From positions 13,392,001 to 13,456,000 of the forward strand of contig CM022678.1 in NCBI GenBank assembly GCA_012295275.1: a DNA stretch of 64,000 nt. Reading direction: 5' to 3'. The position numbers and the translations under genes are program-made. Every line of letters begins with the position of its first letter. Position 1 is the first letter of the stretch. Positions 28,653 through 47,000 of the stretch are shown here, in pieces. This DNA comes from Chrysomallon squamiferum. Taxonomy: Eukaryota > Animalia > Mollusca. The notes below the pieces were generated by a model. It ran no database searches. It was not told the DNA's origin and saw only the letters and a list, made by a program, of their open reading frames with translations.

Positions 28653-29753
28653 CTTGTTTATTAGTGTTTCAGGTACGGGGTCACCAGTTGCAATTATTTA
28701 AAAGCGCGACACAGGTAAGTGGACGAGTCTAAATTGTGTATGGAGGGATGTCGCATTCCAGTGTACAAGCGCGGAAAACGAAATATTTGACAGTAGAATT
28801 ATTTGTTTGAATAGAATAAAAATGATGCTGAATATTAAATTTATCAGTTGGATATTTTGAAACATTTAAAAATTTAATTTATACATATTTTGTTTATTTA
28901 TTTAGATTTTCTTTCCGTTTTTATTGTTGTTGTTTCTTAACATGCAGTACATTCAGTTTATATGTATGTTAAGTTTACGTATTTGTTGTATATTTATTTG
29001 TACGCTGTTAACATTCAAATATATATTCTTGTTATAATTACTACAGAAAAGAAAATGGCAATTAAGAATTTAGTTTTTTTAGGGTAATTTCATTTGTTTT
29101 TGAGAAATATAAATAGACTACAAAGACTAGGTCATAATTTGACTACATATCCATAATTACTGTTGAGTTCATGTTTTTGTCTTTTTTCTTCTTGTTTATT
29201 TGTTTTTTTAAAATCAAAATTAATAATTTTTACATAATAAAATATCGAACAATAAAAAAATTAATACTTTAAGTATGAAACATCACAATTAATAACACAT
29301 TATTAGTGTAATAAGTCTCTCTTACGCACATACCCACATGCACACACACAAACAGAAAGGCACACGCACACGTACACAAATACAAATATATTAATAAAAT
29401 ATCGTATCAAATATTCACGGACACATATGTATAAAGTTGAGTATTTTTCACTGATTTTCAAATCCGATCATTTCAAGTTGAGTGTACAGGTACGCTTAGA
29501 TGACTAACACTGACCCACTTAAATTAAAATAATGCCATCACCTTGTTCGATCATAGACCTAATACTCTTCATATACGTCTAATCTTAATTATAACGCTAA
29601 TTAAAAACATTTAAAAAAAAAAAAAAAATAAATACTATTTCAATTAAATGAAAAGAAAAGTATTTGAAAATAACTAATAAACCAGACGGATGCTGATCAC
29701 CCCTGCACACCTGTTCAGGTGGACTCGTCTAAAGGTGAGATTCGCTTTCCAAG

Positions 29754-33075
<3,322 letters not shown>

Positions 33076-35129
33076 GTTGTATTCACTGACTGGACTCAAA
33101 GACAGATTTTTGATTTAACGAAATAATTGTTTTCATATTAAAAAAAAATAAAATGAGAAAGGAAGAATTATGAATATTAGAAAGATGTGGGGGAAATGAA
33201 GAGAAAGATATTTGTATGAAATTGTTTTTGTCATAAAGAATCTTTTATAAAATGATTGAAAATGTAAATAGCATTATTCCACATCAACAGCAATTTCCGT
33301 TTGTAAAAATACTGTCTTTATAAACAGAAAAATCTGCTTGTACAATTCTTTCATTTTATTTCAAATCCTTTTTCTGAACTTTGTATACTGGCCTGTACTG
33401 CTAACCATAAAAATATTTCCTTCAGTGAAATATATACACTAGTAATTTATCTATAAAAAGAACAAACAATAATAATTTTTATTAAAATCCATATTTCCAA
33501 TTAAAAATAATCTATTTAATAATTTTTCAAATTTTTGTCACTATTTTCTGTTTTAGTCAAATACAACTTCTCTAGTTGATAAATGTGCAGTTAGTTAATT
33601 TGCAGATATATATATATAAAATACACATATACACACCACATTATATTTCTCTTATTTTGATTTTATTATCTACAAATGTGGAAGCTGACAAAATTAACCA
33701 TGCCACTCCAAAGACTATTTTAAAATTGTCTATTAATATTGATATAAAACAGTGAAATGGTTTTAAAATGTTTTTAGTAGAAGTAACATTTAACATTCCT
33801 TTTGTACAATGAATATGAGTTAAAATATTCAAAAATACTGTTTTAAAAATATTTCTTCATCAAAGTGTATATTATAATAATTTTGTATCAAATTAGTTTT
33901 TTCAAATAGCTTTGTAATTATTAGATATGATCAAAATCAGTCTTTAGTCTTTTGATAGTGATTCCCAACCATTATACCAGAATCCACAATATATACATTT
34001 TTTTATAACAATTTTTGTTTCTCAAACTCCATGAAATGATGGTTTGGAATCACTGATTTTTATTATTGTTATTGTTAAGTGTTAAAAAAAAAAACAATAA
34101 TGGCTGATTTTAACTGTTGTAAATATTTCATATTTTTATTACATCTGTATATTTTTGCATAATAAAACTGAAAAAAAAGAAGTTGAAGGTATTTTGTTGT
34201 AAAATAAAAATTTGGAGTTGGAAACAAATAATAATTGTGATGGTAATATCACTAATAACTAAAAATGACAAAATAACAACAGTAACAAATATTAATAATA
34301 ATGACAATGAAAAATGGTTAATAAATATTAAGGAAAATAGTGGAATCAACATTCTTACATCATACCAACAGATTTGAACTATTTCTATCTAACATTTGTA
34401 TTATTTAAGAAAAGAGTTGAAAATAATTGTTCAAATGTAAATTTCAAGTCTGGAGCAGAAAAGTAATAACATACTGTTTAGAAATAATAATCAGAACAAC
34501 AATAATATAATAATAGAACAATGGTAGCTAGTGGAAGGGTGAATTTACCTGTCAGTGTCCCTCCATGAATCCACCATCTTAATACTACTTTTATTTTTCT
34601 ACAATGCTACACCCTGACATTATTTCTGTTATTTTTAAACAGTTCTTCAAAAATCTTTAATCCCACCTATCCACAATAATTCGTGGAATATGGATATGTT
34701 AAAAATTATCAAAAAATATTGTTACATTCAACTGTCAATTATTATTTTGAAAACAGTATTTAACAATAACAAACAATAATAATAAAAATGATAATAACAA
34801 CAATACAAAGAAAAATACCTAAAAAAATGCCATTAATTTTGTCCTTTGTGGAAATTTTAAAATCAATTTTAATAACATGATTAAAAAATAATGCTATAAA
34901 TATATGTTAAATTATGAGTTATACAAAAAGTCCATAATCATAAACATGAAAAAAGGAATTAGAACTGTAATATTTAAAATTATGTGTATAATAAAAACGG
35001 ACTGGAATTCAATTGTATGTATGCTGTAATATGAATAAAAGATGATATAAATAAATTTTAACAGGACTTGTAAAATTTCAATTAAATATAAAGAAATATA
35101 AAGATGATTATGAAACAACAATGGTAGAG

Positions 35130-36256
35130 CAGCCATTAAACCAACACAAAAGGGTGTTGGCCCAGGAAGTTGACAAATCTATTTTGTTTAGTCCCGGGAT
35201 GTAGAATAATAAAATTCCTGGGACGTAGACATTTCTAATTGGTGAGGCTGCATCACTGCAAACTATATAGGCAGACTTGAAACTGCTATTATTGTCTCAT
35301 TGTGGAACCCAATACTGGATAGATTTAAAGCAGTTAGTGCATGCTTGCAGAGTGCTAGAGTGGATATGTGCAGTGTGGTTTCTCTCTAAACAGTCTCATT
35401 ACATTTGTAGAAGAATGCAGAGAGGATTTTGCTAAATATGAAGAAGGCAAAGCCCTCTCTGGACAGGATGAACATGATCTAGAAAAAAGAAAAGAAAACT
35501 CCTATTTGGTGGAAAACAAGCAGACCAACCCAAACTCAATATAAGGGATGAATTTTGCATTGATTGCTTCCTTGTCATAATTGATATCTGAAATCTGAAA
35601 TCGAAAAGAGAGCAGTAGTGTATAGATTATTCTTTGATTACTTCTCTTTCTTTGAAAAATTACATTGTGACACTGAACAAAAATTATGATTGTGACACTG
35701 AACAAAGCATAGTTGATGAAGCCATGCACCTGCGTGCACACCTGCTGCAAATTGAAACACCCATCAACACAATAAATGATTTAGCAGAATTTATCTTCAC
35801 AAATAACCTGCTCTAAGAATTTTACTTTGGGTAAAAAAAACTACATGAGGTCGACATTATGTCAAGAAATGTAAACAGTTGACATACTTGCAACTGAGTA
35901 TGATCTCACCAAATCCCTGGATTTGATGTTACTGACCTGTTTGTTGAGCAAAAGTCGTGTTTGAAAACTCTCTTAACTTTGTAACAATGTTTAATTACGG
36001 ATATCCTCATTGTACTGAATAACTGAAACAAAGGCCAATGACTTTGCCTGTCACAAATTCATTGATCTACTGTATAAATAAATCACTGTATATATGCCAA
36101 ATTTTGCTTTTGTTTCCTTCTAGACCATAAGTTATGAAAAAATCATATATAATAAATAAAATAGGAAGGACAAAGTGGGAAGGGTGAAGTGGGATTGAAG
36201 AGGGGGCCTAAAATTTCTATAGTCTATGGGTGACTAGCCCAATAAATCCGGCACTG
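35130..36256 (+). mobile_element. Degenerate hAT (ZMYM1-like) DNA transposon remnant
   Basis: Broken translation RLETAIIVSLWNPILDRFKAVSACLQ...CREDFAKYEE, plus a dimerization-domain-like KNYMRSTLCQE*...ILATEYDL. It ends in AAATCCGGCACTG (36244-36256), which resembles a hAT CAGTG terminus. The left boundary is uncertain. Confidence 0.75.
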
Positions 36257-37058
36257 ATTCTAATTCTTATGTTTCATTTTTACCCCGTGTTTGTATACTG
36301 CAATCTATTACACAACTGTTATTGTTTTATAACTGTATTCTTGTCTGTTTTGTGTTTATAGTCTTTGGCAATGAAATAAATTGTAGTAATAGTCACAGCT
36401 GTGGTGCAGTATCATTTCGTTATTACCTTTTGACTGCGCACACCGTCAACCAGGTAAAACACAATTAATGAGTCCCGGGTCATCACTGGTACATTTCAGC
36501 TTGTCCTTCTAAGAAGACACAATTTTAAGATCATTTTTAGAAGTTATTGACTTTGTGGGCTGTAACCCACAAAAGTATGTATCTTGACATATACTGAACA
36601 AAATAAGAAATTTCTGCTAATTCTGCTTGAACATAACTTGATGAAAACAAAGAGTTTTCATTCACTTGACAAAGTGTTATTAAGACAAGTATGACAAATT
36701 GACTGAATACTACATGGGACATGTCAAACAAAGCCTACACGTGCGAACTGAGGTTCACTTTGTTGATGATTAACAATGCAAAAATAATCAATAAAATTCA
36801 TCAATCCTGATAATACAGCTCAAGACTAATCCTACATATATAATTTCATTACACAATGAATTCTTTAACACAACAAATACTATATGTACAATTAGAAGTT
36901 TCTTTTTTTGTTCAGTATATATATAGGAAACTGCATGATGTACATTCATATATGCTCAACACACACACTTTACACTAACTGCACCACCATTCAGTGATCC
37001 AGTCCATCCATCAATCCATCATTTAAACAATTAGTAAAACTTAATGAACTGTTAAAGC

Positions 37059-40000
37059 TTAGTTTTCCTTTACGTCAAAGACTGGAACTGGATGTCGGGA
37101 CTGCAAGGACAGGTAAGCAGCATGGAGTCCAGCCTGGACACACTGATCAAGATTCTGACCTTCAATTATGCCCTTCATCATTGTTCCTGCTAAACTGAAA
37201 ATAAATTAAAATGACTTTTGAACAACAACAACACAACAACAACAAAAGGCTAACTTTACTTATCATTAAGATAATTCATAACATTTTTCTTTTATAGTTT
37301 TTCTAATCTAACTCTTTTTCATTATGCCATATAATTTGACACAGGAAAAAACTTGTGCACAAGAACATGCATATTTATACAGATCAATTCAAAATACATA
37401 CATAACATCCCACTGACACATACATACATACATAGCATCACACTGACACACATACACAGCATCACAATGACATACATACATAGCATCACACTGATACATA
37501 CATACATAGCTTCACACTGACACATAAATACATACATAGCATCACACTGACACATACATACATACATACATAGCATCACACTGACACACACATACATACA
37601 TAGCATCACACTGACACATACATACATACATAGCATCCCACTGACACATACATACATATATAGTATCACACTGACACACATACACAGCATCACAATGACA
37701 TACATACATAGCATCACACTGATACATACATACATAGCTTCACACTGACACATACATACATACATAGCATCACACTGACACATACATACACACATACATA
37801 CATAGCATCACAATGACACACACATACATACATAGCATCACAATGACACATACATAGCATCACACTGACATATACATACATGCATAGCATCACGACACAT
37901 ACATACATAGCATCACACTGACATATACATACATACATAGCATCACAATGACACATACATGCATAGCATCACGACACATACATACATAGCATCACACTGA
38001 CACATACATACATAGCATCACAATGACACATACATGCATAGCATCACAATGACACATACATAGCATCACACTGACACATACATACATACATAGCATCCCA
38101 CTGACACATACATAGCATCACATTGACACATACATACATACATAGCATCACAATGACACATATACATACATACATAGCATCCCACTGACACATACATACA
38201 TACATAGCATCACACTGACACACACATACATACATAGCATCACAATGACACATACATACATACATACATAGCATCACACTGACACATACATACATACATA
38301 GCAATCACATACATACATACATTACAATACATACATACATACATAGCATCACACTGACACACACATACATACATAGCATCACAATGACACATACATACAT
38401 AGCATCACAATGACACATACATACATACATAGCATCACAATGACACATACATACATAGCATCACATTGACACATACATAATGATCACAATACATACATAC
38501 ATAGCATCCCAATGACACATACATTACACACATACATCCCACTGACATACAATGACACATACATAGCATCACACTGACACATACATACATACATAGCATC
38601 ACAATGACACATACATACATAGCATCACAATGACACATACATACATAGCATCACAATGATATGTACATACATACATAGCACCCCACTGACACATACATAG
38701 CATCACAATGACACATACATACATACATAGCATCACAATGACACATACATACATACACAGCATCACAATGACACATACATACATAGCATCACAATGATAC
38801 ATACATACATAGCATCACACTGACACACACATACATACATAGCATCACACTGACACACACATACATACATAGCATCACATTGACACATACATACATAGCA
38901 TCACAATGACACATACATAGCATCACACTGACACATACAGTCATAGCATCACACTGACACATGCATACATCACACTGACACATACATGATCAACACACTG
39001 ACACATACATGATCAACACACTGACACATACATAATCAACATACTAACACATACATAAGCAATACACTGACACATACATGATCAAGACACTAACACACAC
39101 ATAATCAACACACTGACACACATAAACAACACACTGACACATACATACATAGAAACACACTGACACATACATACATAGCAACACACACAGAAAACCCTTC
39201 CCAATTGTAGATTATTACTACAACATATTTTCATACAACACAAAAGTAATCTGCTCACCAGTCACCAGCACCTGACACACTCACTATGGAATCATGAGAA
39301 ATGGTGCATGCTGGGTAACGATTGATTGATACTCTTTCAGTGAGAGGCTGCTAAAGAAAACAATTGAAACTATAATAACATTTCAAAATTTCACCAGTAA
39401 TAATACATTTTATGACATGTCACATCTGAAAGAATCACCCACTAAAGTAACAATATAATGGATTGAGTCACAATATTGACTTTGAAGCTAGCAACAAAAA
39501 AGTTAATGACATCATAATTACTTTGATACTTTCATAGAAAACAATTTGTGTAAATATTTCCTTTTTTCCTTTTTGCTTTGTAAATCTAAAGCAGATGAAT
39601 ATCATTTTGTATCTGTATCTTAAATTTCTAATGGCTGGTAAAGATACTTTCAAATTATCCTTCATTTCTCAAAAATAAGTTTCAATTAAGTACCATTACT
39701 ACCAATATTCTACTTGAAATTATCTTTGAAACCACACAAGCTATGATGACAACACTTTTTTAAAATAAAATTTATTTCTTAAGGAATATTTGTGTAACTC
39801 AATACAAAACTGTAACCATCCCTAGCAAAATCTGTGTTATCTTGTAACAGGTAACAATAAGATAATGGAACTATCCTGATAAAAAATCTGAGAACTTACC
39901 CTGGTTTTTGATGATGACAAAGACTCTATTCTTTGACCTAACATAACTCCATGTCTTCCCAGTGTAACAACTATAACAGGAATTATGGGTAAAAGCTCCA

Positions 40001-42143
40001 CAATGCACTGCTGACAGAAGCTCAACAACATGTCCACTGAACTGAAGTCAGGAAGAGGAATGTCTGTAATGCAGAATGATGTAATATGTAGTAATGGACA
40101 GACATTTATAATACAGGACATATGATATTTATTCAGAATGAATTATCATTAATTTCTGGTATTAATATCTTTAATAATAACAATAATAATAATTCAAACT
40201 TAGTTTTTACAAAAAGAAATAATAATAATTATTATTATTACTTTTATTATTATTATTATTCTAATGATTATTATTATTATTTTATATTATTACATGTGTT
40301 TAGAACTATTTAAGTACCAGGAATGTGTTTGTGTTTTGTACACATCTGATGAAGTTCTCCAATGTTAGGTGAAATGAAGGTGAGTTCTGAGAAAGCTTTT
40401 GACTGAAATGGTTTTGTTGCCTTGTGGACATCAGTAGGTTCAAACCACACTGCCAAATATAAACATTCTCACTTTTTATTTTCTCCATGTTGTTAAGTTT
40501 CAGTAATTAATGAATAACAGAATAATTAATGTTACAGATATAAGCCAGTGTACATAAACAAAGAAGACGTGTTATATTTCATGTCATTTTTAAATTTTCA
40601 CTTAATCTCATATATGATACAGTTACGGCCTGTAAAAGAATAATCTTATATTAAGTTCTTCTGTCATGTTAATGAAAAAGTATCACACATTTTTAATTTT
40701 GAGAACATTTTATACAACTAATAATTTAAACAAACCAAAATACAGAAAATGAAAAATATTTTTTATCTTCTTTGTTATAATTTTATTTCTGGGTGTGGTC
40801 TCTCTATCTCTACTTTTTTTAATCTTTATTTATGTCAACTGACATATTTCTTACCTAACATTACATACCTGGAACGCCATTTTTAAAACAGAGGTCAGTG
40901 ATAAACTCAATGGTCTCTATGGTGATGTTGCCATCCATGCACACAAGAGGTGCCGACACAATGGAATCTGTGAACTTAGAAATCTGAAAAGATTATTTTA
41001 TAACAAATTAAAATAACCAGACACAGAATATTACTCATTGTTACACACTCTCCCACTCATTCATTCTTTTATTCATTCACTTATTTAACAATCATGCACA
41101 TACAAATTCATACACACACAAATGCAAATAAATAAACAAATACATAATTATATAAATGTGTATACATACACATACACAACATCCACACACTCACTCATAC
41201 AGATATACATACATATACAAGCAGAAACATACATAAAGAGAAACACACACACATACACACACACACACACACACAAACACACACTCTCACACAAACACAG
41301 ACACACACACTCTCACACACACACACACACACACACTCTCACTGACCAGTTGCGGTGTAATCTGTTGGTGAATAGCCATGTCACCAATTCCATACATGAC
41401 CTCTCCTGATGTCTGCAAAACAGAACAGTGGGTTGCCGTGGAAGAATTATCCAGCACAGACACTCCAGACAGATCCTGAAAAGAATAATAAAAATGCAAA
41501 AACAAATTTTATTTTAAAATTAATTAAAGAAAGTATTTGTGAGTAAAATTAAAAAAAAAAAAAAAAAATAAATTTAAAAAAAAATAAATAAATCAATATA
41601 AGAAATAAAGAAATTAAATAAAACAAATAGAACACAAGTAAGAGCTCAACTTCCATGTAAACCACAGCACAGGACATGTTATCAAATATTATTTCTGATA
41701 CTGAAAACCTTTTTCCACCAGCAGCAAAATACTTTTATTTCACATTCACCTTTCCACAGATTCAGATAAGCACACACCATGCCATCTGACATACCAGTTA
41801 TTATGACTGATACAGAAAATAGCTAATGAATATATCTAGCAGCTAATAACTTTAGTTTAGTTTTAATTATTGACTGAGAACAAATAAACAAGAAAGAAAA
41901 AAGAACAAACTAACAGCAAATATTATTATGATATAAAATAAAAAGACGTTGATCTCCCCTTCTGCTTTTAACTGACCATGTGACTGCAGTAGTTCTGAAA
42001 CTGTTTGAGATGGGAGTCATTGCCCACTGCTGATATAAAGAGAGGCTTGGCTCCCAGGCGACTCAGGGTGTCTGCAACATTCCTAGCCACACCCCCGAAT
42101 GACTGCCAAACTCTGCCAGGGTAAGTAGCACCGTGTGTCTGTT

Positions 42144-42182
<39 letters not shown>

Positions 42183-43985
42183 GAGGTAGTACTAGTAATA
42201 TGCCATTTGGTTCATCTTTCAGAATGTGTGTGTGTGTGTGTGTGTGTGTGTGTCATTGTATGTGTCAAATGCAATCATATGCTCAAATACCACCTACTTA
42301 AAAAATATTATAAACTTTTGTTCCAAACAACAACAACAATAATAATAAAACAACATAATGTAACAAAGTAGCAATAACAACAACAGTAACAATGCAAATG
42401 TTGTGGATTAAAAATACATCAATAAGTGTGTTTCTGTGAATCTTGTTATACTTATTTATTTAAGTAATTTTGTCAACTATTTATTTTTTGTTGCATGAAA
42501 TGAACATATTTTATTTAGCAGCAAACAAAATTTTATTATTACAAAAGTAAATATTATTATTACTTCAACATTGTCTGCATTAAACTGTGCATAAACATCA
42601 ACAATTGTCCCACCAATCACAACCTAAAACAAAAATATCTTTACATTAAATTTTGTAAGAGATTACAAAATTTTATTTTATTTTATTTTGACAATAAATT
42701 TTATTACTTGAAACCATTAAACGCAAATAATTTATTTTATTTTGAAGCAAGAAATACCTAAAACAACTATTTCAATCAATTGTGTTAAAACTACTTGGTC
42801 AAACATTTTTGTTTTTGATGTGTTTTACATTTTTCAGAACAAGTTATGTTTTATTTGTACTTTTAACCTATACTTGGGCTGTCTTAGGAATTCTATATAC
42901 TAGCAAGACCAAAATTACATTTTTGACAATAATTTGCCAAGAATTAGCTGAACCCCATTTTTCAGAATTCTGAAGAATAAAGGTATCTGTGTGAATACGC
43001 TTAATAGTGATGTTTTAGATTTCAAAACACTGTTTCTGAATAAAAAATAAAACATAAAAAATGATTTAAATCAAATACATTTAATAAAACCAAACAAACA
43101 GACAAACAAACCTAACAATTATCAACATTATCAATTTAACTAATTAAATACTAAAACAAGATAAACTAAAATTTAAAACAAAATAATAAACTAAAATGTT
43201 GAAACTAACACTCAAACTAAAATTAAAATTAAACAATAAAAAAAGAAACAAATTAAAATTAAAAACTTACTGGTCGAGAAGATGTACTATAATATCTTCT
43301 TTGCTGAAAACCCTGAGAGTTTCTTCCAGCATTATCTCCCTTCCTTCTGTTACTAAGTTTAACAGCAATCTGACTTCCAACAGCTGCATTGTTTTTTATC
43401 AGTGCAATGTCTTATTTCAATTAGAAAAATACATTTATTTTGTGTTTTTCTCCAACTAAAATCAAACTTACCACTGAAAAATATTTATTGTGATAAAAAA
43501 ACTATTACATTATAATATGAAAAGATACTGGCTTTTAATGATGATCCCTTTGTAAGTTCATTGACCCTACTCAGAATAAACGGTGTTACATTACGTCCAG
43601 TTATGTTCTTCATTCTGAAAGTCAAAATTTAAATTATTAATAATATTATTAAAAAAAAATAATTATCAATGATAAACATTTTATTTAAAATTTTAAAATG
43701 CAATAATATTTAAAACTTAAATGAAAACAGTAATTAAAAACTGTAAGTTCATTGACCCTACTCAGAATAATCTGTGTCACATTATGTCCAGTTATGTTCT
43801 TCATTCTGAAAGTCAAAACTTAAAATAATGAATACAATAAATTATAAAAAAATATTAATTATCAATGATAAATATTTTATTTAAAATCTTAAAAATCAAT
43901 AAAATTTCAAAATCAAATGAAGACAATAATTAAAAACTATAAATAAATAAATAAATAAAAATAAACAAGTAAAAAAATAATAAAA

Positions 43986-44022
<37 letters not shown>

Positions 44023-47000
44023 ATCTATCTGCCCCTATCTAGCTGGCTACTCTTTTTATTAGCGTTGATTTAAATAAATATTACCTCAAACAGGAAACAA
44101 ATACCACACAGTTTGTTTAATTTGTTCTCAATTTTTCTGCTAACCATGGAAACATTATTAATAATTAATTCTCAATTTGTACCTGGCTTCTTCTACAGCT
44201 GAACTAATGGCTGCTTCTAGGTCATTCCCTGCAGCAGCAAAGGATTCTGGGATTGGAACAGCAATGAGGATGCCACTGCTGAGACCCATTTGAGACCAGG
44301 AATCTGTGAAAAATAAGTTAGCCAATGAATATGATAAAATGGTCACATGACCATATTAAATAATTTGTAAAAATCTTCTCACTGGTGTTTTTTTTTATTT
44401 CCTTTTTTTCTGTTGTTGTTAGTAAGTCCTTGAGTGTTAATGGCTCTCTGAAATATTACTCTATATAGCTAAGTTATAATGTAAGATTTTAACAAAAAAT
44501 ACAGGTCTAATATTACACCAGACATCTTTCCACAAAGTCTCTACTGAAATTTAGTTTTACCCCATTCTGCACATTGCTCCATGTATGTTATAAACTTTTC
44601 TACTTGTTAATCAAGTTGGTAATAACCAACCAGCATATCAGCAGTTTGTTCAAAAGACAGGTTTACAGCTGATATAAAAATGATTTACCTATCATACAGG
44701 CAGCTTCATCTACATTTTTAATGTGGCAAGGAGACTTGAATCCACTAGTGGGCGAGAAAAATGCAGGAAAGTCATCAGTTGGACCAAGAGTAGCAACACA
44801 AACACCCTGAGTTTCCTACAGACAGACAGACAGGTAGAACTGTATGAATAGATGGATTCATTTCCATTACAGAAGTCTGTTACAGGAAAAACAAACATGA
44901 ATTAAGACAGACTGGATAAGAATATAATTATATAGATCAATAGTTAGGTAAATAGAGAGATAAATATAGATAGACATAGGTGAGCATGTTTCTGGTTTTG
45001 GTTAATAAATATGCCTATTCATACCATTTTAATACACTTTCAAAAGCAACAATCAAATAACATCATTCATATTTGTACATTTTTAAAAATTGCTTTCACA
45101 AATTCTGTTCACTGTTATATAAATGAGTGTAATACCATATTTAAACTAATTAAATATGAATAAGCAATATGAACTAAATATTTCGTAAAGAAATAAATTA
45201 ATTTATTGTTATTACATTAAATTAAAAATCTACAATGCTGTTTATTTACGAGATATTCAAGTGTTTTGCCAATGTCCAAAATTGATTTCACCCCAGCAGA
45301 AATGATGGCAACAGGTGTCCTTCCCAGTTCAGTGAGATCAGCACTCACATCCATTGCTGAAACAGAGTAATGTATCAACAGTTTGAAATATCAATACTCA
45401 GTGACAGCTGAAACAGAGTAATGTATCACAGTTTGAAATATCAATACTCAGTGACAGCTGAAACAGAGTAATGTATCAACAGTTTGAAATATCAATACTC
45501 AGTGACAGCTGAAACAGAGAATGTATCACAGTTTGAAATATCAATACTCAGTGACAGCTGAAACAGAGTAATGTATCACAGTTTGAAATATCAATACTCA
45601 GTGACAGCTGAAACAGAGTAATGTATCAACAGTTTGAAATATCAATACTCAGTGACAGCTGAAACAGAGTAATGTATCAACAGTTTGAAATATCAATACT
45701 CAGTGACAGCTGAAACAGAGAATGTATCACAGTTTGAAATATCAATACTCAGTGACAGCTGAAACAGAGTAATGTATCAACAGTTTGAAATATCAATAAT
45801 CAGTGACAGCTGAAACAGAGTAATGTATCAACAGTTTGAAATATCAATACTCAGTGACAGCTGAAACAGAGAATGTATCACAGTTTGAAATATCAATACT
45901 CAGTGACAGCTGAAACAGAGTAATGTATCAACAGTTTGAAATATCAATATTCAGTTACAGCTGAAACAGAGTAATGTATCAACAGTTTGAAATATCAATA
46001 TTCAGTTACAGCTGAAACAGAGTAATGTATCAACAGTTTGAAATATCAATACTCAGTGACAGCTGAAACAGAGTAATGTATCAACAGTTTGAAATATCAA
46101 TAATCAGTGATAGTTGAAATAAAGTAATATATTAATATTTTAAATTGTTTTGACTTACATGTCTCTACCCCTCTATGGACTCCACCTATTCCACCTGTCA
46201 CAAAAATGGGTATTCCCACTCGATGAGCTATAATCATTGTAGCAGAAACTGTGGTCCCTCCACTTCCCCCCTGTTACAAAATAAATATTTGTCAACAGTT
46301 CAAACCGAGGGTTACTAAACAAAACAGATAAAATACAACTTTATAATGACAACATCAGAAAAAATACTTTAATATTATATTAGTCATGTTTTTAAAAAGA
46401 AAAAGAAAATCAAAATACATTTCATTTAATCAATGTTTCTTACTAATGATTGATTATGTATGATCATATTAATGGTTGAGGACAATTACCAAAAAGACTG
46501 TTGAAACATGACACCATCATTTGATAAGTTATTTTCTCTAGCAGTAATGCCCTTATATAGGAACATTCCTATAAAGAGGAAATCCATTTGGTTGACGATT
46601 AAAGTAGATTAGAAAATAACCCAGTGAGGAATAAAATGAAGGTAGATTCTGTAAAACACTGAAAGTATTATTACCACAGAACCACATTCAGCTGCAACAT
46701 TTTTACTGCACACACACACACACACACACACTTAGACAAACACACATGTATACATATATACATTATACATATAAGCACATAAACACACAAGCATATCTTA
46801 TTATTTATCAACCTACTATTTCTTTGACTTATTAATGAATTGTTTTTTTAAGTATCTCATTACAATGGTCAAGATATTTTAAACACAGATAGTTTAATAT
46901 GCAAAGAAATTAGGAAAGGAAATACAACCTTTGATACAACTACAGGGAAGTCACGCCTAGATATCTTGTACAAATGTTTTGTTTCATTTCCTAATCTTTC

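Noticed and set aside
37322-38983. Cys/Met-rich ORFs (MCQCDAMYV...) resembling metallothionein
   Set aside because: They are translations of an intronic minisatellite, open in several frames.
42919-42969. Possible extra in-frame exon in the PsuG-PsuK linker ([17 protein letters not shown])
   Set aside because: The donor is weak, and the flanking exons already join to give RP-VVIGG, the expected kinase start.
45357-46115. CRISPR-like regular array
   Set aside because: Head-to-tail repeats with no unique spacers, no cas genes, and it sits inside a spliceosomal intron.
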